Sequence record: KU686213.1
Direction: 5' to 3' (one strand)
Length of the DNA stretch: 64,000 nt
A program made the position numbers and the translations under genes. Shown here piece after piece: positions 1 to 10,144 of the stretch (position 1 is its first letter; each line of letters begins with the position of its first letter). The notes under the pieces were generated by a model. That model saw only the letters and a list, made by a program, of their open reading frames with translations, was not told where the DNA came from and searched no databases.

Positions 1-942
1 ATGTCATTCAAAGATCTAAAGAAGCAATCATCTCTCGGCGCTCTTACCCAGAAGCTCGTCAAGGAAGTAGAGAAGATGAATACAGCTGGCTCAAGCGGTG
101 ATGACCGCTACTGGAAGCTAGAATGTGATAAAGCCCAAAACGGTTATGCTGTGATCCGTTTCCTTCCACAGCCCGAAGGTGAAGATATGCCTTTCGTCAA
201 GATGTATTCCCACGCATTTCAAGGTAAAGGTGGCTGGTATATTGAGAACAGCTTGACTACACTAGGTCAGAAAGACCCCTTGTCTGAGTTCAACTCTGAG
301 CTTTGGAACAATGGTACTGATGCTGGTAAAGAGCAAGCACGTAAGCAAAAGCGTAAGCTCACATATATTGCTAACATTATGGTCGTCAAAGACCCAGCAA
401 ACCCCCAGAACGAAGGTGGAGTATTCCTCTACAAGTTCGGTAAGAAAATCTTCGACAAGCTTATGTCTGCTATGCAGCCTGAGTTTGAAGATGAAGAAGC
501 AATCAACCCATTCGACTTCTGGGAAGGCGCTAACTTCAAGCTCAAGGCAAAGAATGTAGCTGGCTACCGCAACTATGACTCTTCTGAGTTTGCGAAGGTA
601 GAAGCTCTTCTAGGTGGTGATGACGAAGCACTTGAAGGACTATACAATAAGTTGAACTCACTATCCGAGCTTGTTGCTCCAGATCAGTTCAAAGAGTATG
701 AAGTTCTTAAGAAGCGTCTCAATCAAGTCCTAGGCTTAGGTGCTCCTAGCAGCCGTCCAGCTGCCCAAGAGGATTCTGGTGATGAGGACATTGAAGAGCA
801 GCTACGGTCCGCTAGACCTGCCTTTAAGAAGGAAGTAGCAGCCTATAGTGAGCCTGAACTACCAACAACATCAACACCAGAGCCTGCCTCTAGTGAAGAT
901 GACGATGCTCTTAGTTGGTTCCAGTCACTTTCCGAAGATTGA
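1..942 (+). CDS. gp32: T4-type single-stranded DNA-binding protein
   Basis: GYAVIRFLP, YIENSLTTLG, KRKLTYIANI and YRNYDSSEF motifs plus acidic tail ending DDDALSWFQSL. Confidence 0.97.
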   Translation: MSFKDLKKQSSLGALTQKLVKEVEKMNTAGSSGDDRYWKLECDKAQNGYAVIRFLPQPEGEDMPFVKMYSHAFQGKGGWYIENSLTTLGQKDPLSEFNSELWNNGTDAGKEQARKQKRKLTYIANIMVVKDPANPQNEGGVFLYKFGKKIFDKLMSAMQPEFEDEEAINPFDFWEGANFKLKAKNVAGYRNYDSSEFAKVEALLGGDDEALEGLYNKLNSLSELVAPDQFKEYEVLKKRLNQVLGLGAPSSRPAAQEDSGDEDIEEQLRSARPAFKKEVAAYSEPELPTTSTPEPASSEDDDALSWFQSLSED

Positions 943-1311
943 TTAACTCTGATACAACTGCATCAGTGGTAAAGTCAAAGCAGCCTGAACTTCATTAGGC
1001 TTTAACATATACAGAGGCGTAGTATTGTTCCCAGTACTATAGTTCCTCTGTTTTTTTATGTGTAAATTTATTCCAGTCCAGCCCCACTCATAGACCCCCA
1101 ACACCTGCACAATAGGATACATATCCGTCAAGAAGTCTGGTTTCTCTGCAATGTAAGTATAGACATAAACCTTACCAGGAATAGGCATAGGAGCGATACT
1201 ATCAGAAAGAACCGCTTCTAGTTCTTTCATAATATCTTCAGAGTTTTCAGTACCAATAAGTTTGTCTAACAGAGGTCTAACTCTGTTGTTGCTCTTTTTC
1301 TTTTTAGCCAT
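943..1311 (-). CDS. gp2: DNA end protector protein-like
   Basis: IPGKVYVYTY...DMYPIV...GINLH resembles T4 gp2 core; adjacent to gp4. Confidence 0.65.
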   Translation of the reverse strand: MAKKKKSNNRVRPLLDKLIGTENSEDIMKELEAVLSDSIAPMPIPGKVYVYTYIAEKPDFLTDMYPIVQVLGVYEWGWTGINLHIKKQRNYSTGNNTTPLYMLKPNEVQAALTLPLMQLYQS

Positions 1312-1742
1312 TAGACCCCTAGCTCCTTTTCAGTCATAATTTTGAACTCCCACCCCTGATCCAGGCAGAACTCCCTAGCAGCTGCCCATTTAGCCTGATT
1401 CTGAGAGAACATAGCCTCTGCTAGGAGAGTATTTTTAGTTCTCCTCTTGTATTTGGGTGGTTGAGTCTCCTTATATGGCTTAACTTCAATTAATATCTTT
1501 TCCCTCTTATCATCCTTATTAATTGCTTCCATATAAAAGTCTGGGTAATACTTAGCCATCCTTTTTTTGACAGGATTGTAATATGGGATTACAATTTCTT
1601 CTGATGCCCACTTAATTATTTTACTGTTAGTATCACAATAACGCATAAGTTTGCGCTCCCATAACGACCTATAAACAATCATATTGGGATTACCAATATA
1701 TTTCTTGGGATTCTCTGGTTTATAGATTCCTTTATAGGACAT
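1311..1742 (-). CDS. gp4: Head completion nuclease
   Basis: YKGxYKPxNPKKY, YRSLWE, WASEE, YYPDF, IEVKP, GWEFKIMTE motifs. Confidence 0.95.
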   Translation of the reverse strand: MSYKGIYKPENPKKYIGNPNMIVYRSLWERKLMRYCDTNSKIIKWASEEIVIPYYNPVKKRMAKYYPDFYMEAINKDDKREKILIEVKPYKETQPPKYKRRTKNTLLAEAMFSQNQAKWAAAREFCLDQGWEFKIMTEKELGV

Positions 1743-1772
1743 AAATAGAGTAGGTAGTTCAATAGTATTTAG
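1741..1772. promoter_or_regulatory. Divergent T4-type late promoters
   Basis: ATAAATA on + (1741-1747) and CTAAATA on - (TATTTAG 1766-1772) between divergent gp4 and gp54. Confidence 0.7.
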
Positions 1773-1773
1773 T

Positions 1774-2520
1774 GTGCCTAGAGTATTAACGCTAGAAGAT
1801 GTAAAACCACTACTTGGTAATTTGTCAAGGTCAAATTACTATCAGGTGCAGTTTGGTGGATTATCACCTGCATTGCTTGGAGCACTATCTGCAAGGGGCG
1901 TGGATCCATTTTTTGTATCTAATGATTCTGGGTTGCTTTGCTATCAAGCACAGCTTCCAGGATCTTCATTAGCTAGAACAGAATCTACAAACTTTACTGG
2001 TATTACAGAAAACTTTGCCCATAGGAAAGTATTTACTCCATTGAGCTTAGACTTTTACTGTGATGATAGATATAGATCTCTAAAGTTCTTAGAGCACTGG
2101 ATGGAATATGCCGTCAGTGGTAATGGGCTTAGTGGATATGCTGACAGTAACTACACATATAGGATGCAATATCCTAACGATCCTCTAACTGGGTATAAGT
2201 GTAGTGGTTCTAAAATATATAAGTTTGAAGCCAATGTGAGTAGGATTATTGAATACTCTTTTATTGGATTATTTCCGATTAACTTATCATCAACTCAAGT
2301 TAGATATGGTGCAGATGGTGAACTCACCAGAGTCAGTTGTCAGTTTGGATATACGAGATATATTGCTGGATCTGTATTGTCTATAGATGAGGCTAGAGGT
2401 TTCTCGAATAATTTACAGTCTGGTCTAACTAATATTACGGGCAACATTAATACCGTAATAGATACTGTAGATAGACTTAGAGGAACAGCTGCAAACGTAC
2501 TAGATCTATTCACCAACTAA
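1774..2520 (+). CDS. gp54: Baseplate tail-tube initiator (tube-like fold)
   Basis: gp19/gp54-like motifs (LPGSSL, LDFYCD, FLEHWMEY, LFPINLS); GTG start; upstream of gp48. Confidence 0.65.
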   Translation: MPRVLTLEDVKPLLGNLSRSNYYQVQFGGLSPALLGALSARGVDPFFVSNDSGLLCYQAQLPGSSLARTESTNFTGITENFAHRKVFTPLSLDFYCDDRYRSLKFLEHWMEYAVSGNGLSGYADSNYTYRMQYPNDPLTGYKCSGSKIYKFEANVSRIIEYSFIGLFPINLSSTQVRYGADGELTRVSCQFGYTRYIAGSVLSIDEARGFSNNLQSGLTNITGNINTVIDTVDRLRGTAANVLDLFTN

Positions 2521-2523
2521 ATA
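2517..2523 (+). promoter_or_regulatory. Late promoter
   Basis: CTAAATA just upstream of gp48 ATG. Confidence 0.6.
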
Positions 2524-2528
2524 GTATT

Positions 2529-3467
2529 ATGGCTAAATCATCCCCCAAACCAAGCTTACAATACCCCACCAATATTGCTAATGGCAATAATGACTACTTT
2601 CATTTGCAAATTTTTGAATATAAACCACTGGGTCTTGGTGGGGGTGGTGATAATATATTTGATGTTCCGTCAAGTCAAGCTCAAAGACCTAAAGTAGACA
2701 AAGAAACTAGTGGTGATAACCAGTCATACTTAGGTCAAATTATATTGCCTATGCCAGACAACATTGGTGATAATAACTCAGTTTCTTGGGACACTGATAC
2801 ATTAAACTCATTGACCATTGCCGGTGCAGGTACGCTCAGTGATGCTATATCAAAATTAAATTTGAATAATCCTGATCCAGGAGGGGCTTTAGATACAGTA
2901 AAAGATAGTGCATCCAAATTTTTAGATGCACTAAAAGATATTGACGTAAGAGGTAGTTTAAAAAATGCGTTAATAACTAGTGCCATAACTGGGGGAAATG
3001 TTGATCCAAACTCAATAATTAGTAGAACAACTGGACAAGTATTAAATCCAAACTTAGAGCTTCTATTTAAGGGAGTTATTTTGAGACAGTTTAACTATAG
3101 CTTTACACTAACACCAAGAACCAGTGAAGAGGGAACTCAGATTAAGGGTATCATAAATACTCTTAAGAAAAGAATGTCAGCAAAAAATACCACAGGTGCT
3201 GCTGCTGGTATATTCATTAAGGCACCTGATGTGTTCCAGCCAAGATTCATGCAAGGTCAAAAACCACATCCATTTTTATATAGTATAAGGCAGTGTGCTT
3301 TAGTGTCTATGAATGTTAATTATGATGGCGCAGGAATATATGCAACATATGGAGACGGCACACCAGTTAAAATGTCTTTACAGATGTCATTTAGAGAATT
3401 GAGTCCGTTATACTCTGAAGACTATAAAGATGGTTTACCCGGTCCAGATGAAGGAGTTGGATTCTAA
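2529..3467 (+). CDS. gp48: Baseplate tail-tube cap
   Basis: IILPMP, NPNLELLFKG..LRQFNYSF, DGTPV...SFREL motifs. Confidence 0.9.
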   Translation: MAKSSPKPSLQYPTNIANGNNDYFHLQIFEYKPLGLGGGGDNIFDVPSSQAQRPKVDKETSGDNQSYLGQIILPMPDNIGDNNSVSWDTDTLNSLTIAGAGTLSDAISKLNLNNPDPGGALDTVKDSASKFLDALKDIDVRGSLKNALITSAITGGNVDPNSIISRTTGQVLNPNLELLFKGVILRQFNYSFTLTPRTSEEGTQIKGIINTLKKRMSAKNTTGAAAGIFIKAPDVFQPRFMQGQKPHPFLYSIRQCALVSMNVNYDGAGIYATYGDGTPVKMSLQMSFRELSPLYSEDYKDGLPGPDEGVGF

Positions 3468-4117
3468 TGACTTATTTCAGACAGCTGCCGAATATTGAAT
3501 ATCAAAACTTCCTAAATGATCGCACAGGATCACAGGACTATATTTTGATGAAGAATATTTTCCTTAGGGGAAAATTGAGAGAAGACCTAGAAAGTAATTT
3601 TACAGTATTTCAGAAGTATAGTATCAAAGGTGATGAAAGACCTGATGAGATTGCTTATGATATATACGGATCATCTCAATATGACTGGGTTGTTCTAATT
3701 ACTGCTAGAATCATTACTTATCAAAATGACTACCCATTAACGAGTCAAGAACTCTATGATTATACCTTAAATAAGTATGGTGTTGAGGGTATGAATGCTA
3801 TCAATCACTATGAGAGTGTTGAGGTTAGAGATAGATTGGATAGGTTGGTATATCCAGCAGGTATCGTTGTAGCTAAAGATTTTACTATACCCAATCCAGA
3901 TACCCCAACATCATTTATCAGCCCTGTAGTTGGTGTTAGTAACTTTGAATATGAGACAAATAAGAATGATAGAAAGCGTAATATCACTATTCTAAGACCT
4001 CTATACTTAAATCAATTCTTGAATGATATGAGAGAAATCTCTAAGTATGGATTTAACTCAGAATATATTAATTCAACTACGATTAGAGCGGAGAATAGCA
4101 AGACTAAGAGCCCCTAA
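3467..4117 (+). CDS. gp53: Baseplate wedge subunit
   Basis: YFRQLP start, ERPDEIAYDIYG...DWVVL, NFEYE..KND.KRNI motifs. Confidence 0.92.
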   Translation: MTYFRQLPNIEYQNFLNDRTGSQDYILMKNIFLRGKLREDLESNFTVFQKYSIKGDERPDEIAYDIYGSSQYDWVVLITARIITYQNDYPLTSQELYDYTLNKYGVEGMNAINHYESVEVRDRLDRLVYPAGIVVAKDFTIPNPDTPTSFISPVVGVSNFEYETNKNDRKRNITILRPLYLNQFLNDMREISKYGFNSEYINSTTIRAENSKTKSP

Positions 4118-4125
4118 TTAGCCGT

Positions 4126-4132
4126 CTAAATA
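4126..4132 (+). promoter_or_regulatory. Late promoter
   Basis: CTAAATA upstream of gp26. Confidence 0.6.
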
Positions 4133-4159
4133 ACTATAGCATTCTACAAATTCTTTATT

Positions 4160-4870
4160 ATGGCGCTTCCTAAGATTGCCAAAGTGACTCACGAGACTAT
4201 TATTCCCTCAACTGGGAAGAAGATTAAGTTTCGTCCGTTTCTTGTGAAAGAGGAAAAGGTACTTATTTTAGCTCGCGAGTCTAACGACCAAAACGAGATG
4301 GTTAAGGGTATCATTGATGTAATCAATGCTTGCGTTATGACGAAAGGATTTTCTACTGAAAATCTATCCACTTTTGATATTGAATATATTTTCCTTAGTA
4401 TTAGGGGTAAGTCTATTGGGGAAGATGTTGAAGTTGTTGTTACTTGCCCTGATGATGGAGTGACTAGAGTCAATCATACTATTTTCTTGGATGAGGTAAA
4501 AGTCATCTTTGATGATGAACACTCAATGCAAGTTAAGATTGATGATACATATTCTGTTCTGATGAAGTATCCTAGTATTGAAGCTGTTATGGCTGCTGAT
4601 TCTGAGAATGTAAGTGTTACTGATAGTCTAGAACTTATTGCATCTTGCATAGATCAGATTTATTCTGAGGAGGACTCCTGGTCTTCTAGTGATAGTACTA
4701 CAGCAGAATTGGTCGAATGGGTTGAAGAACTTGAACCAAAGCAATTTGAGGGAATTGAGAAGTTCTTTACTACAATGCCTAAACTAAGTCATACCATTCA
4801 GGTTACTAACCCAGAAACTAAGGTGACTAGTGATGTTGTACTTGAGGGGCTAGGATCTTTTTTCGCGTAA
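4160..4870 (+). CDS. gp26: Baseplate hub assembly protein
   Basis: MALPKI, FRPFLVKEEKVL, FDIEYIFLxIRGKSIGE, FFTTMPKL motifs. Confidence 0.92.
   Translation: MALPKIAKVTHETIIPSTGKKIKFRPFLVKEEKVLILARESNDQNEMVKGIIDVINACVMTKGFSTENLSTFDIEYIFLSIRGKSIGEDVEVVVTCPDDGVTRVNHTIFLDEVKVIFDDEHSMQVKIDDTYSVLMKYPSIEAVMAADSENVSVTDSLELIASCIDQIYSEEDSWSSSDSTTAELVEWVEELEPKQFEGIEKFFTTMPKLSHTIQVTNPETKVTSDVVLEGLGSFFA
4858..4864 (+). other. Candidate -1 ribosomal frameshift site T TTT TTC
   Basis: X XXY YYZ heptamer phased to gp26 codons; the -1 frame is open into the gp51 ATG at 4873. Confidence 0.55.
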
Positions 4871-4872
4871 GT

Positions 4873-5052
4873 ATGGCTCACGAAGACCTTGAGTCATACT
4901 ATAAAACAAACTTTGCTCTAATACAACATCATAAATACAGTTTAAGTGATATTGAAAATCTTATCCCTTGGGAAAGAGATATATACATTACACTACTTAA
5001 AAACTGGATTGAAGAAGAAGAGCAACGCATAGCACAACAACAGCAGCGCTAA
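4873..5052 (+). CDS. gp51: Baseplate hub assembly catalyst (59 aa, absent from ORF track)
   Basis: Translates MAHEDLESYYKTNFALIQHHKYSLSDIENLIPWERDIYITLL..., typical of this family. Confidence 0.85.
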   Translation: MAHEDLESYYKTNFALIQHHKYSLSDIENLIPWERDIYITLLKNWIEEEEQRIAQQQQR

Positions 5053-6896
5053 TGAACTTATTTGGAGCCGCCACTACGGGAGTTGATCCACAAACTGGAA
5101 CATACCTCTCCAAAGAACAAAGAGTCGCAATGTTCCGCGCATCTAGGGGACAGGGTGGCGGAACAGCTGGTGGCGGAAACAATTCTGCTGGGTCTCAAGT
5201 AACTCCAAAGACTGCTATTGTTGTAGCTAATAAGTTTTCTGAAATTACACAGACACTTAGTAATAACTATCAGACTGCTAGTGCTGGTGTTGCAGAGCAG
5301 GTTGTCGAAAATAGGGCACGTATTGAAAATCTTTATCGTATTGTATATGATAGAAGAAAAGAAGATTTAAAAAGAGAGAAGCAAGAAACTAGAAATACTT
5401 TAATTGGAGCTGAGAGGAGTAAGAGGGGACTTAAGGAGGGATTTGTAGAAGGCATCTCTTCCGCAGCAGCTGCAGCAGTAGCACCATTACAGAAAGCAGC
5501 AGCGGCAGTACAGAAGCCCATTATGTCCCTATGGGATAAAATAAGGAATGCTCTACTGTTATTGACTGCAGCTTGGGTTATTGATAATCTACCTGCAATC
5601 CTGAAGAAGTTTGATGAATTTTTTGGTAGTATAAAGAGCTTAAAGGATACATTGACAAAAGCTCTGGTTAATATCAGAGGTGTATTTGGTATATTTGATG
5701 GTATTATTAGGGGTATAGTACGTACAATTGGCGCAGTAATTAAAACTGCTTATAGAGTTGGTAAGGCTATTTTTCAGTCAGCATTTCGTTTAGGTAGAGC
5801 AGTATTTAATGCTATTAAAAAGGTAGTTGAGACCGTAGTTAGGACTATTTTTAAGGGTATTCGTGCTTTAGTGGGTGGTATAGGTAATGCTTATCGTGCC
5901 GCTAGGGGATTATTACCAGGTGGAAATAAGCCAACAACCCCAAAACTACCAGATAAACAGCCTAAAAATGTCTTCCAAAGGTTGTGGGGTAAGGTTACTA
6001 AAGCTGCTACAGGACTAAAAGAATTTGCTGGAAATCAATACGGCAAACTGAAAGAGGGTGCTGATAAATTTATGACGGGATTTAGTAATCTACGCTCCAA
6101 GGCAATGGAGAAACTGAATCCTTTAAAATCATATGCTACAAAGGAAGGTATTAAAGAGGGTAATACTGCTAGTAGGACAAAGGGTATACAGGACCTGTTG
6201 GGGAAGGTATTCGAGAAAGCGGGTATTGCAGGTAAGGGTATACTGAAAAATGCAGGTAAGATTGCAAAGAACTTATTAAGATTACCTGGTATTGGTCTTG
6301 CTGTTGACGTAATGCTCAATAAAGCAGGTGGGCAAGGGATGGGTGAGTCACTTATTAGAGGCTTGGCTTCTAGTATTGCTGGGATGGTTGGTATGAAAGC
6401 CGGTGCTGCTGTTGGTGCTGGTCTTGGTACAGTAATTCTTCCTGGTATTGGTACTGCTGCTGGTGGTATTTTAGGAGGTATTATAGGATCTATTCTTGCT
6501 GGCTCTGGTGGTGATGCTCTCGCTAAAGCAGGTATGGAGAGTGTTGGGATGGAAACCACATCTGATGCCGAGATGGTGGAGAATTATAAGCCAGTTGTAG
6601 AGTCTGTAATTGGTAGTGATAAGTCCAGTACCGCAGGACAGCCTAGTCCTGCTGCAGCCATCACTCCAAGCACTCCAAGCACACCAGATGGTATGCAAGT
6701 TCCCGAAGGCTCTAATACTACAAATAATGTTACTGTTGAGCAAATGCCCCCTATTATGGAAAATATAGAGAGAGAAAAGAAGGAAGTTATACCTGAACAA
6801 CCAGTTCCTACAATCTCTACTAGAGACCCTCAGACAGATCTTTATAGAGCTATGGCTAGTAAGAGCTATCAGCTTAATTTGGCGGGTACATTCTAA
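5052..6896 (+). CDS. Tape-measure-like tail protein
   Basis: Helical Ala/Lys-rich, Gly-zipper GAAVGAGLG..GGILGGIIG; directly follows gp26/gp51. Confidence 0.55.
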   Translation: MNLFGAATTGVDPQTGTYLSKEQRVAMFRASRGQGGGTAGGGNNSAGSQVTPKTAIVVANKFSEITQTLSNNYQTASAGVAEQVVENRARIENLYRIVYDRRKEDLKREKQETRNTLIGAERSKRGLKEGFVEGISSAAAAAVAPLQKAAAAVQKPIMSLWDKIRNALLLLTAAWVIDNLPAILKKFDEFFGSIKSLKDTLTKALVNIRGVFGIFDGIIRGIVRTIGAVIKTAYRVGKAIFQSAFRLGRAVFNAIKKVVETVVRTIFKGIRALVGGIGNAYRAARGLLPGGNKPTTPKLPDKQPKNVFQRLWGKVTKAATGLKEFAGNQYGKLKEGADKFMTGFSNLRSKAMEKLNPLKSYATKEGIKEGNTASRTKGIQDLLGKVFEKAGIAGKGILKNAGKIAKNLLRLPGIGLAVDVMLNKAGGQGMGESLIRGLASSIAGMVGMKAGAAVGAGLGTVILPGIGTAAGGILGGIIGSILAGSGGDALAKAGMESVGMETTSDAEMVENYKPVVESVIGSDKSSTAGQPSPAAAITPSTPSTPDGMQVPEGSNTTNNVTVEQMPPIMENIEREKKEVIPEQPVPTISTRDPQTDLYRAMASKSYQLNLAGTF

Positions 6897-8794
6897 TGGC
6901 TATACCACTTATTGCTGCTAAATCACTTAATATTGCTAAAACTCTTATTGCATCTAGTAAGAATGTAGCTAAAGGTGTATATTCTACAGCAGCTTCTACG
7001 GTAAACAGAACCGGCGAGAAGATTAAATCAACCAATGCAAAAATTACTGCAGAGAAAAAGAAGCAGGCAGATATTAATAGAAAAAAATCTGAGAATGAAT
7101 CTCGCGCAGCAAAAGAGAATAATGCAGAAAATACCAATAAGAAAAAGGGTGCCGTTCTTAGCTTAGTTGGTGTTGTTAAAAAATCTATAATGGGGTTTTG
7201 GAAAATAATTGGTGCTTGGCTTCTAGACAACTTGCCTAGAATTATTGAGGAAGTGCGAAAGTTTGTGAAAAAGATTAGGATTGTTGGTGCTGCTATTAAG
7301 AGAGCTGTTACTCTCGTGGGTAGTGTATTTTCTTCTATTGGTAAGATTGCTAAAGCTGTCGTAAAAAATATCCTAAACTTTGATTTTACTGATAAGTCGG
7401 GCGATATTAGAGAAGCTAGAGAAGAACTTGACGCCAGTGTCGATGGTATTGGATCATCTATAAGCGAGATTGGTACTGTTTGGGGTAGGGAAGAGGATGA
7501 GTTGGATTATATTTTGACCCAATTAACAAGTAATCAAAATCTTGAAAATATTCGTAAGAACATTCTTAGTGAGTTCCCCGAAGTCGAGAAAGGGACTAGT
7601 GCCGTTGGTGATGGTTCTTCTCCTTCTTCTGGTGGTGGATCCTCTAGGGGTGATGCACTATTCGATTTAATTGGTAGTGGTGAGGGTGATTACAACTCAG
7701 TCAATAGGGGTAATGCTGGAGATACTCCAGGTGGTGCCGAGGCTATTTTTGGGAAACCACTTACAGAGATGACTGTAGGTCAAGTTGCTAGTGCTCAACA
7801 GAGTGGTCAAGTATTTGCTGTAGGAAAATATCAGATTATCCCAGACACTATGGTGGAATTTTTAAGGAATAGTCCTGACATAAAACCCACTGATAAATTT
7901 GATTCAAGAACACAGGAGAAGTTTAAGGAGTATGTTATTAATGTAAAGAGACCTGCTATTGGTAAGTATCTTCGTGGTGAAAGTGATGATAGAGATGCTG
8001 CAGCACAGGCAGTTGCTAGGGAGTTTGCTTCCGTTGGTCTAACTAAGGCTGAAGCTGGTAGAGGTCGTGGTCAATCTCGCTATGCAGGTACTGGTAATAA
8101 TGCAGCTTCTATCAGTCCAGACCAGGTTGCTTCTGCATTGGATGCTGATAGATCTGCAACTCTATCTCCACCTCAACCACAGGCTCCCCAACCAGCTAAT
8201 GGGCAGACTCCTGCTCCAGGTAAACAAAATGCTGCATTAGCATCTAGTGCGGGTAGACTCAATAAGAGTAGACTTGATACTAGTAGATTTGGTCGTAATG
8301 GGTGCGTATTTGCAGTAAATCAGGCATATAAAGCAGCTGGTATGACACCTCCTTGGGGAACTACTAACTATGTCCCCGATGCTAGAGCTATGATGATTAA
8401 AAAGGGATATGTTCAAGTTGGCGTTAAGAATGCTCAACCTGGTGATATTGTTATTATGGCTGATAGAGGATCTCCTCCGTGGGTCCATATTGGCATTGTT
8501 TCAAATTCGGGCACAGTACTACACAATTCATCAACAAATCAGGCATTTACTAACAATGAATCATTTTCAAGTCTTATGAGAAGGTATGTTAAAATTGAAG
8601 TTTATAGAGCACCTTCAGTAATATCTAGAGAATCATCTAATGTAAGCAATGCTGTTAATGGTTCTAAGAATGGAAAAAATAACGTGAAGGCATTGAATGA
8701 TAGTATGACTATTGCTTCAAGAAGAACTGGCGGAACTCAAGTAGTTAATAACACAGTCGTCTTGAAGCAGGATCGTGTTGTTATGGTGAGCTAA
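6896..8794 (+). CDS. Tail/hub protein with lysozyme-like and NlpC/P60(CHAP)-like domains
   Basis: LIGSGEGDYNSVN...AVGKYQIIPDT (lysozyme-like); GCVFAV...PGDIVIM...HIGIV (Cys/His amidase-like). Confidence 0.7.
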   Translation: MAIPLIAAKSLNIAKTLIASSKNVAKGVYSTAASTVNRTGEKIKSTNAKITAEKKKQADINRKKSENESRAAKENNAENTNKKKGAVLSLVGVVKKSIMGFWKIIGAWLLDNLPRIIEEVRKFVKKIRIVGAAIKRAVTLVGSVFSSIGKIAKAVVKNILNFDFTDKSGDIREAREELDASVDGIGSSISEIGTVWGREEDELDYILTQLTSNQNLENIRKNILSEFPEVEKGTSAVGDGSSPSSGGGSSRGDALFDLIGSGEGDYNSVNRGNAGDTPGGAEAIFGKPLTEMTVGQVASAQQSGQVFAVGKYQIIPDTMVEFLRNSPDIKPTDKFDSRTQEKFKEYVINVKRPAIGKYLRGESDDRDAAAQAVAREFASVGLTKAEAGRGRGQSRYAGTGNNAASISPDQVASALDADRSATLSPPQPQAPQPANGQTPAPGKQNAALASSAGRLNKSRLDTSRFGRNGCVFAVNQAYKAAGMTPPWGTTNYVPDARAMMIKKGYVQVGVKNAQPGDIVIMADRGSPPWVHIGIVSNSGTVLHNSSTNQAFTNNESFSSLMRRYVKIEVYRAPSVISRESSNVSNAVNGSKNGKNNVKALNDSMTIASRRTGGTQVVNNTVVLKQDRVVMVS

Positions 8795-8800
8795 TAAATA
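8794..8800 (+). promoter_or_regulatory. Late promoter
   Basis: ATAAATA upstream of 8823 ATG. Confidence 0.55.
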
Positions 8801-8822
8801 GTAGTGGTGAAACTGTATTGTA

Positions 8823-10142
8823 ATGTCAACTAAGCCATCACTGTATAAAATACTTACTATTAAGAAGGGTGATAGAGATGCTGACTTTAGATTAGCTGCT
8901 GTATCAATCGATTTTTATGAGGACATTATGTGTCCGACAGTTTCGTGTACCATACAAATTGCAAACTCCGGTGGGGTTATCAAGAGTGAAGAGACGGGGG
9001 AGAAAGTTTCTCTTTACGAAGGTATGAAAATTCGTAGTGGAGAAGAGGTTCAAATTTTAATTGCTGCCAACTCACCTACAAATGAAGATCTTGATTATTC
9101 CACTACCAAACCTCTATATGTAAATCGTATAAGTGGTTTAATTAGAGATGATAACTCTGAGTTTTTTAAGATGCATCTCATATCTAGAGAAGCATACGAT
9201 AATGAGGTAACTTTTTTAGAAAAACAATATCCAGAAGGTGTACCTGCCAGCAACCACGTAACAGATATTTTGAATGATAGTTTTATTTTTCCTAGTGAGA
9301 ATGATATAGAACAAACGACCAATGAATTTGGCTTTTGGGGTAATCAAATGAAACCATTTGATGCCTTGTTAAAAATTGCTAGCAAGTCTACTTCTGGTGT
9401 TGGTTTAAATGAGAGTGCTGGGTTTTTCTTCTACCAGACTAGGAGGGGCTTCTCATTTAAGTCTATTGATACCTTAGTGTCTCAGTCTGTTAATGTTCCT
9501 AAGTATGTTTACACACAATATAATGTAAATTCTGTGGATTTTAAGCCCGTTGGTGATTTAGAGTCTCTGGATTATAAAATAACTTCATTTGTTATTAATG
9601 AGACGGGAAATATGATTGCAGATTTAAGGAAGGGCACTTTTTCATCATCGAGGAGAATATTTGATCCATTAACATTTAATATTCAAGTTGATGATAATTT
9701 TACCGGTAATGATTACTCAAGAGTAAAGACATTAGGTGAAGCATTTTCTGAAGGGCAGGACACTTCTATTGGTGGTGTTGATTTATCCAAATTTCCATCA
9801 CAAATTATTATGGATACTAGGGATATTGGGACAGCTAATGCTGGTGTTAGTAGAAAAGATAACCAAGATCCAAAATTGTTTGTATCACAAAGAAAGATGC
9901 GATACAACACACTCTTTAGCCAATCCATCACTATTCAAGTACCACTAAACACCCGATTACACGCTGGTGATTTAGTTGAATGTGTTTTTCCTAGTATTGG
10001 AGACTCTGAAGTAACACAGCCAGATAGGACCCAAATAAGTGGTATATATATGATAAAGGAACTATGTCATCACTATGATACACAAGCTTCCTACACATCT
10101 ATGATGTTAATTAGAGACACCTTTGGTGAAAGACAAAAGTAA
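8823..10142 (+). CDS. Baseplate hub protein (gp27/GpD-like)
   Basis: FFFYQTRRGFSFKSID, LHAGDLVE, SGIYMIKELCH motifs; precedes gp5. Confidence 0.7.
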   Translation: MSTKPSLYKILTIKKGDRDADFRLAAVSIDFYEDIMCPTVSCTIQIANSGGVIKSEETGEKVSLYEGMKIRSGEEVQILIAANSPTNEDLDYSTTKPLYVNRISGLIRDDNSEFFKMHLISREAYDNEVTFLEKQYPEGVPASNHVTDILNDSFIFPSENDIEQTTNEFGFWGNQMKPFDALLKIASKSTSGVGLNESAGFFFYQTRRGFSFKSIDTLVSQSVNVPKYVYTQYNVNSVDFKPVGDLESLDYKITSFVINETGNMIADLRKGTFSSSRRIFDPLTFNIQVDDNFTGNDYSRVKTLGEAFSEGQDTSIGGVDLSKFPSQIIMDTRDIGTANAGVSRKDNQDPKLFVSQRKMRYNTLFSQSITIQVPLNTRLHAGDLVECVFPSIGDSEVTQPDRTQISGIYMIKELCHHYDTQASYTSMMLIRDTFGERQK

Positions 10143-10144
10143 TT

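Noticed and set aside
4840-4870. gp26 ending GLGSFF as a clamp-binding LxxFF motif
   Set aside because: A structural chaperone context; the FF codons are explained by the slippery T run.
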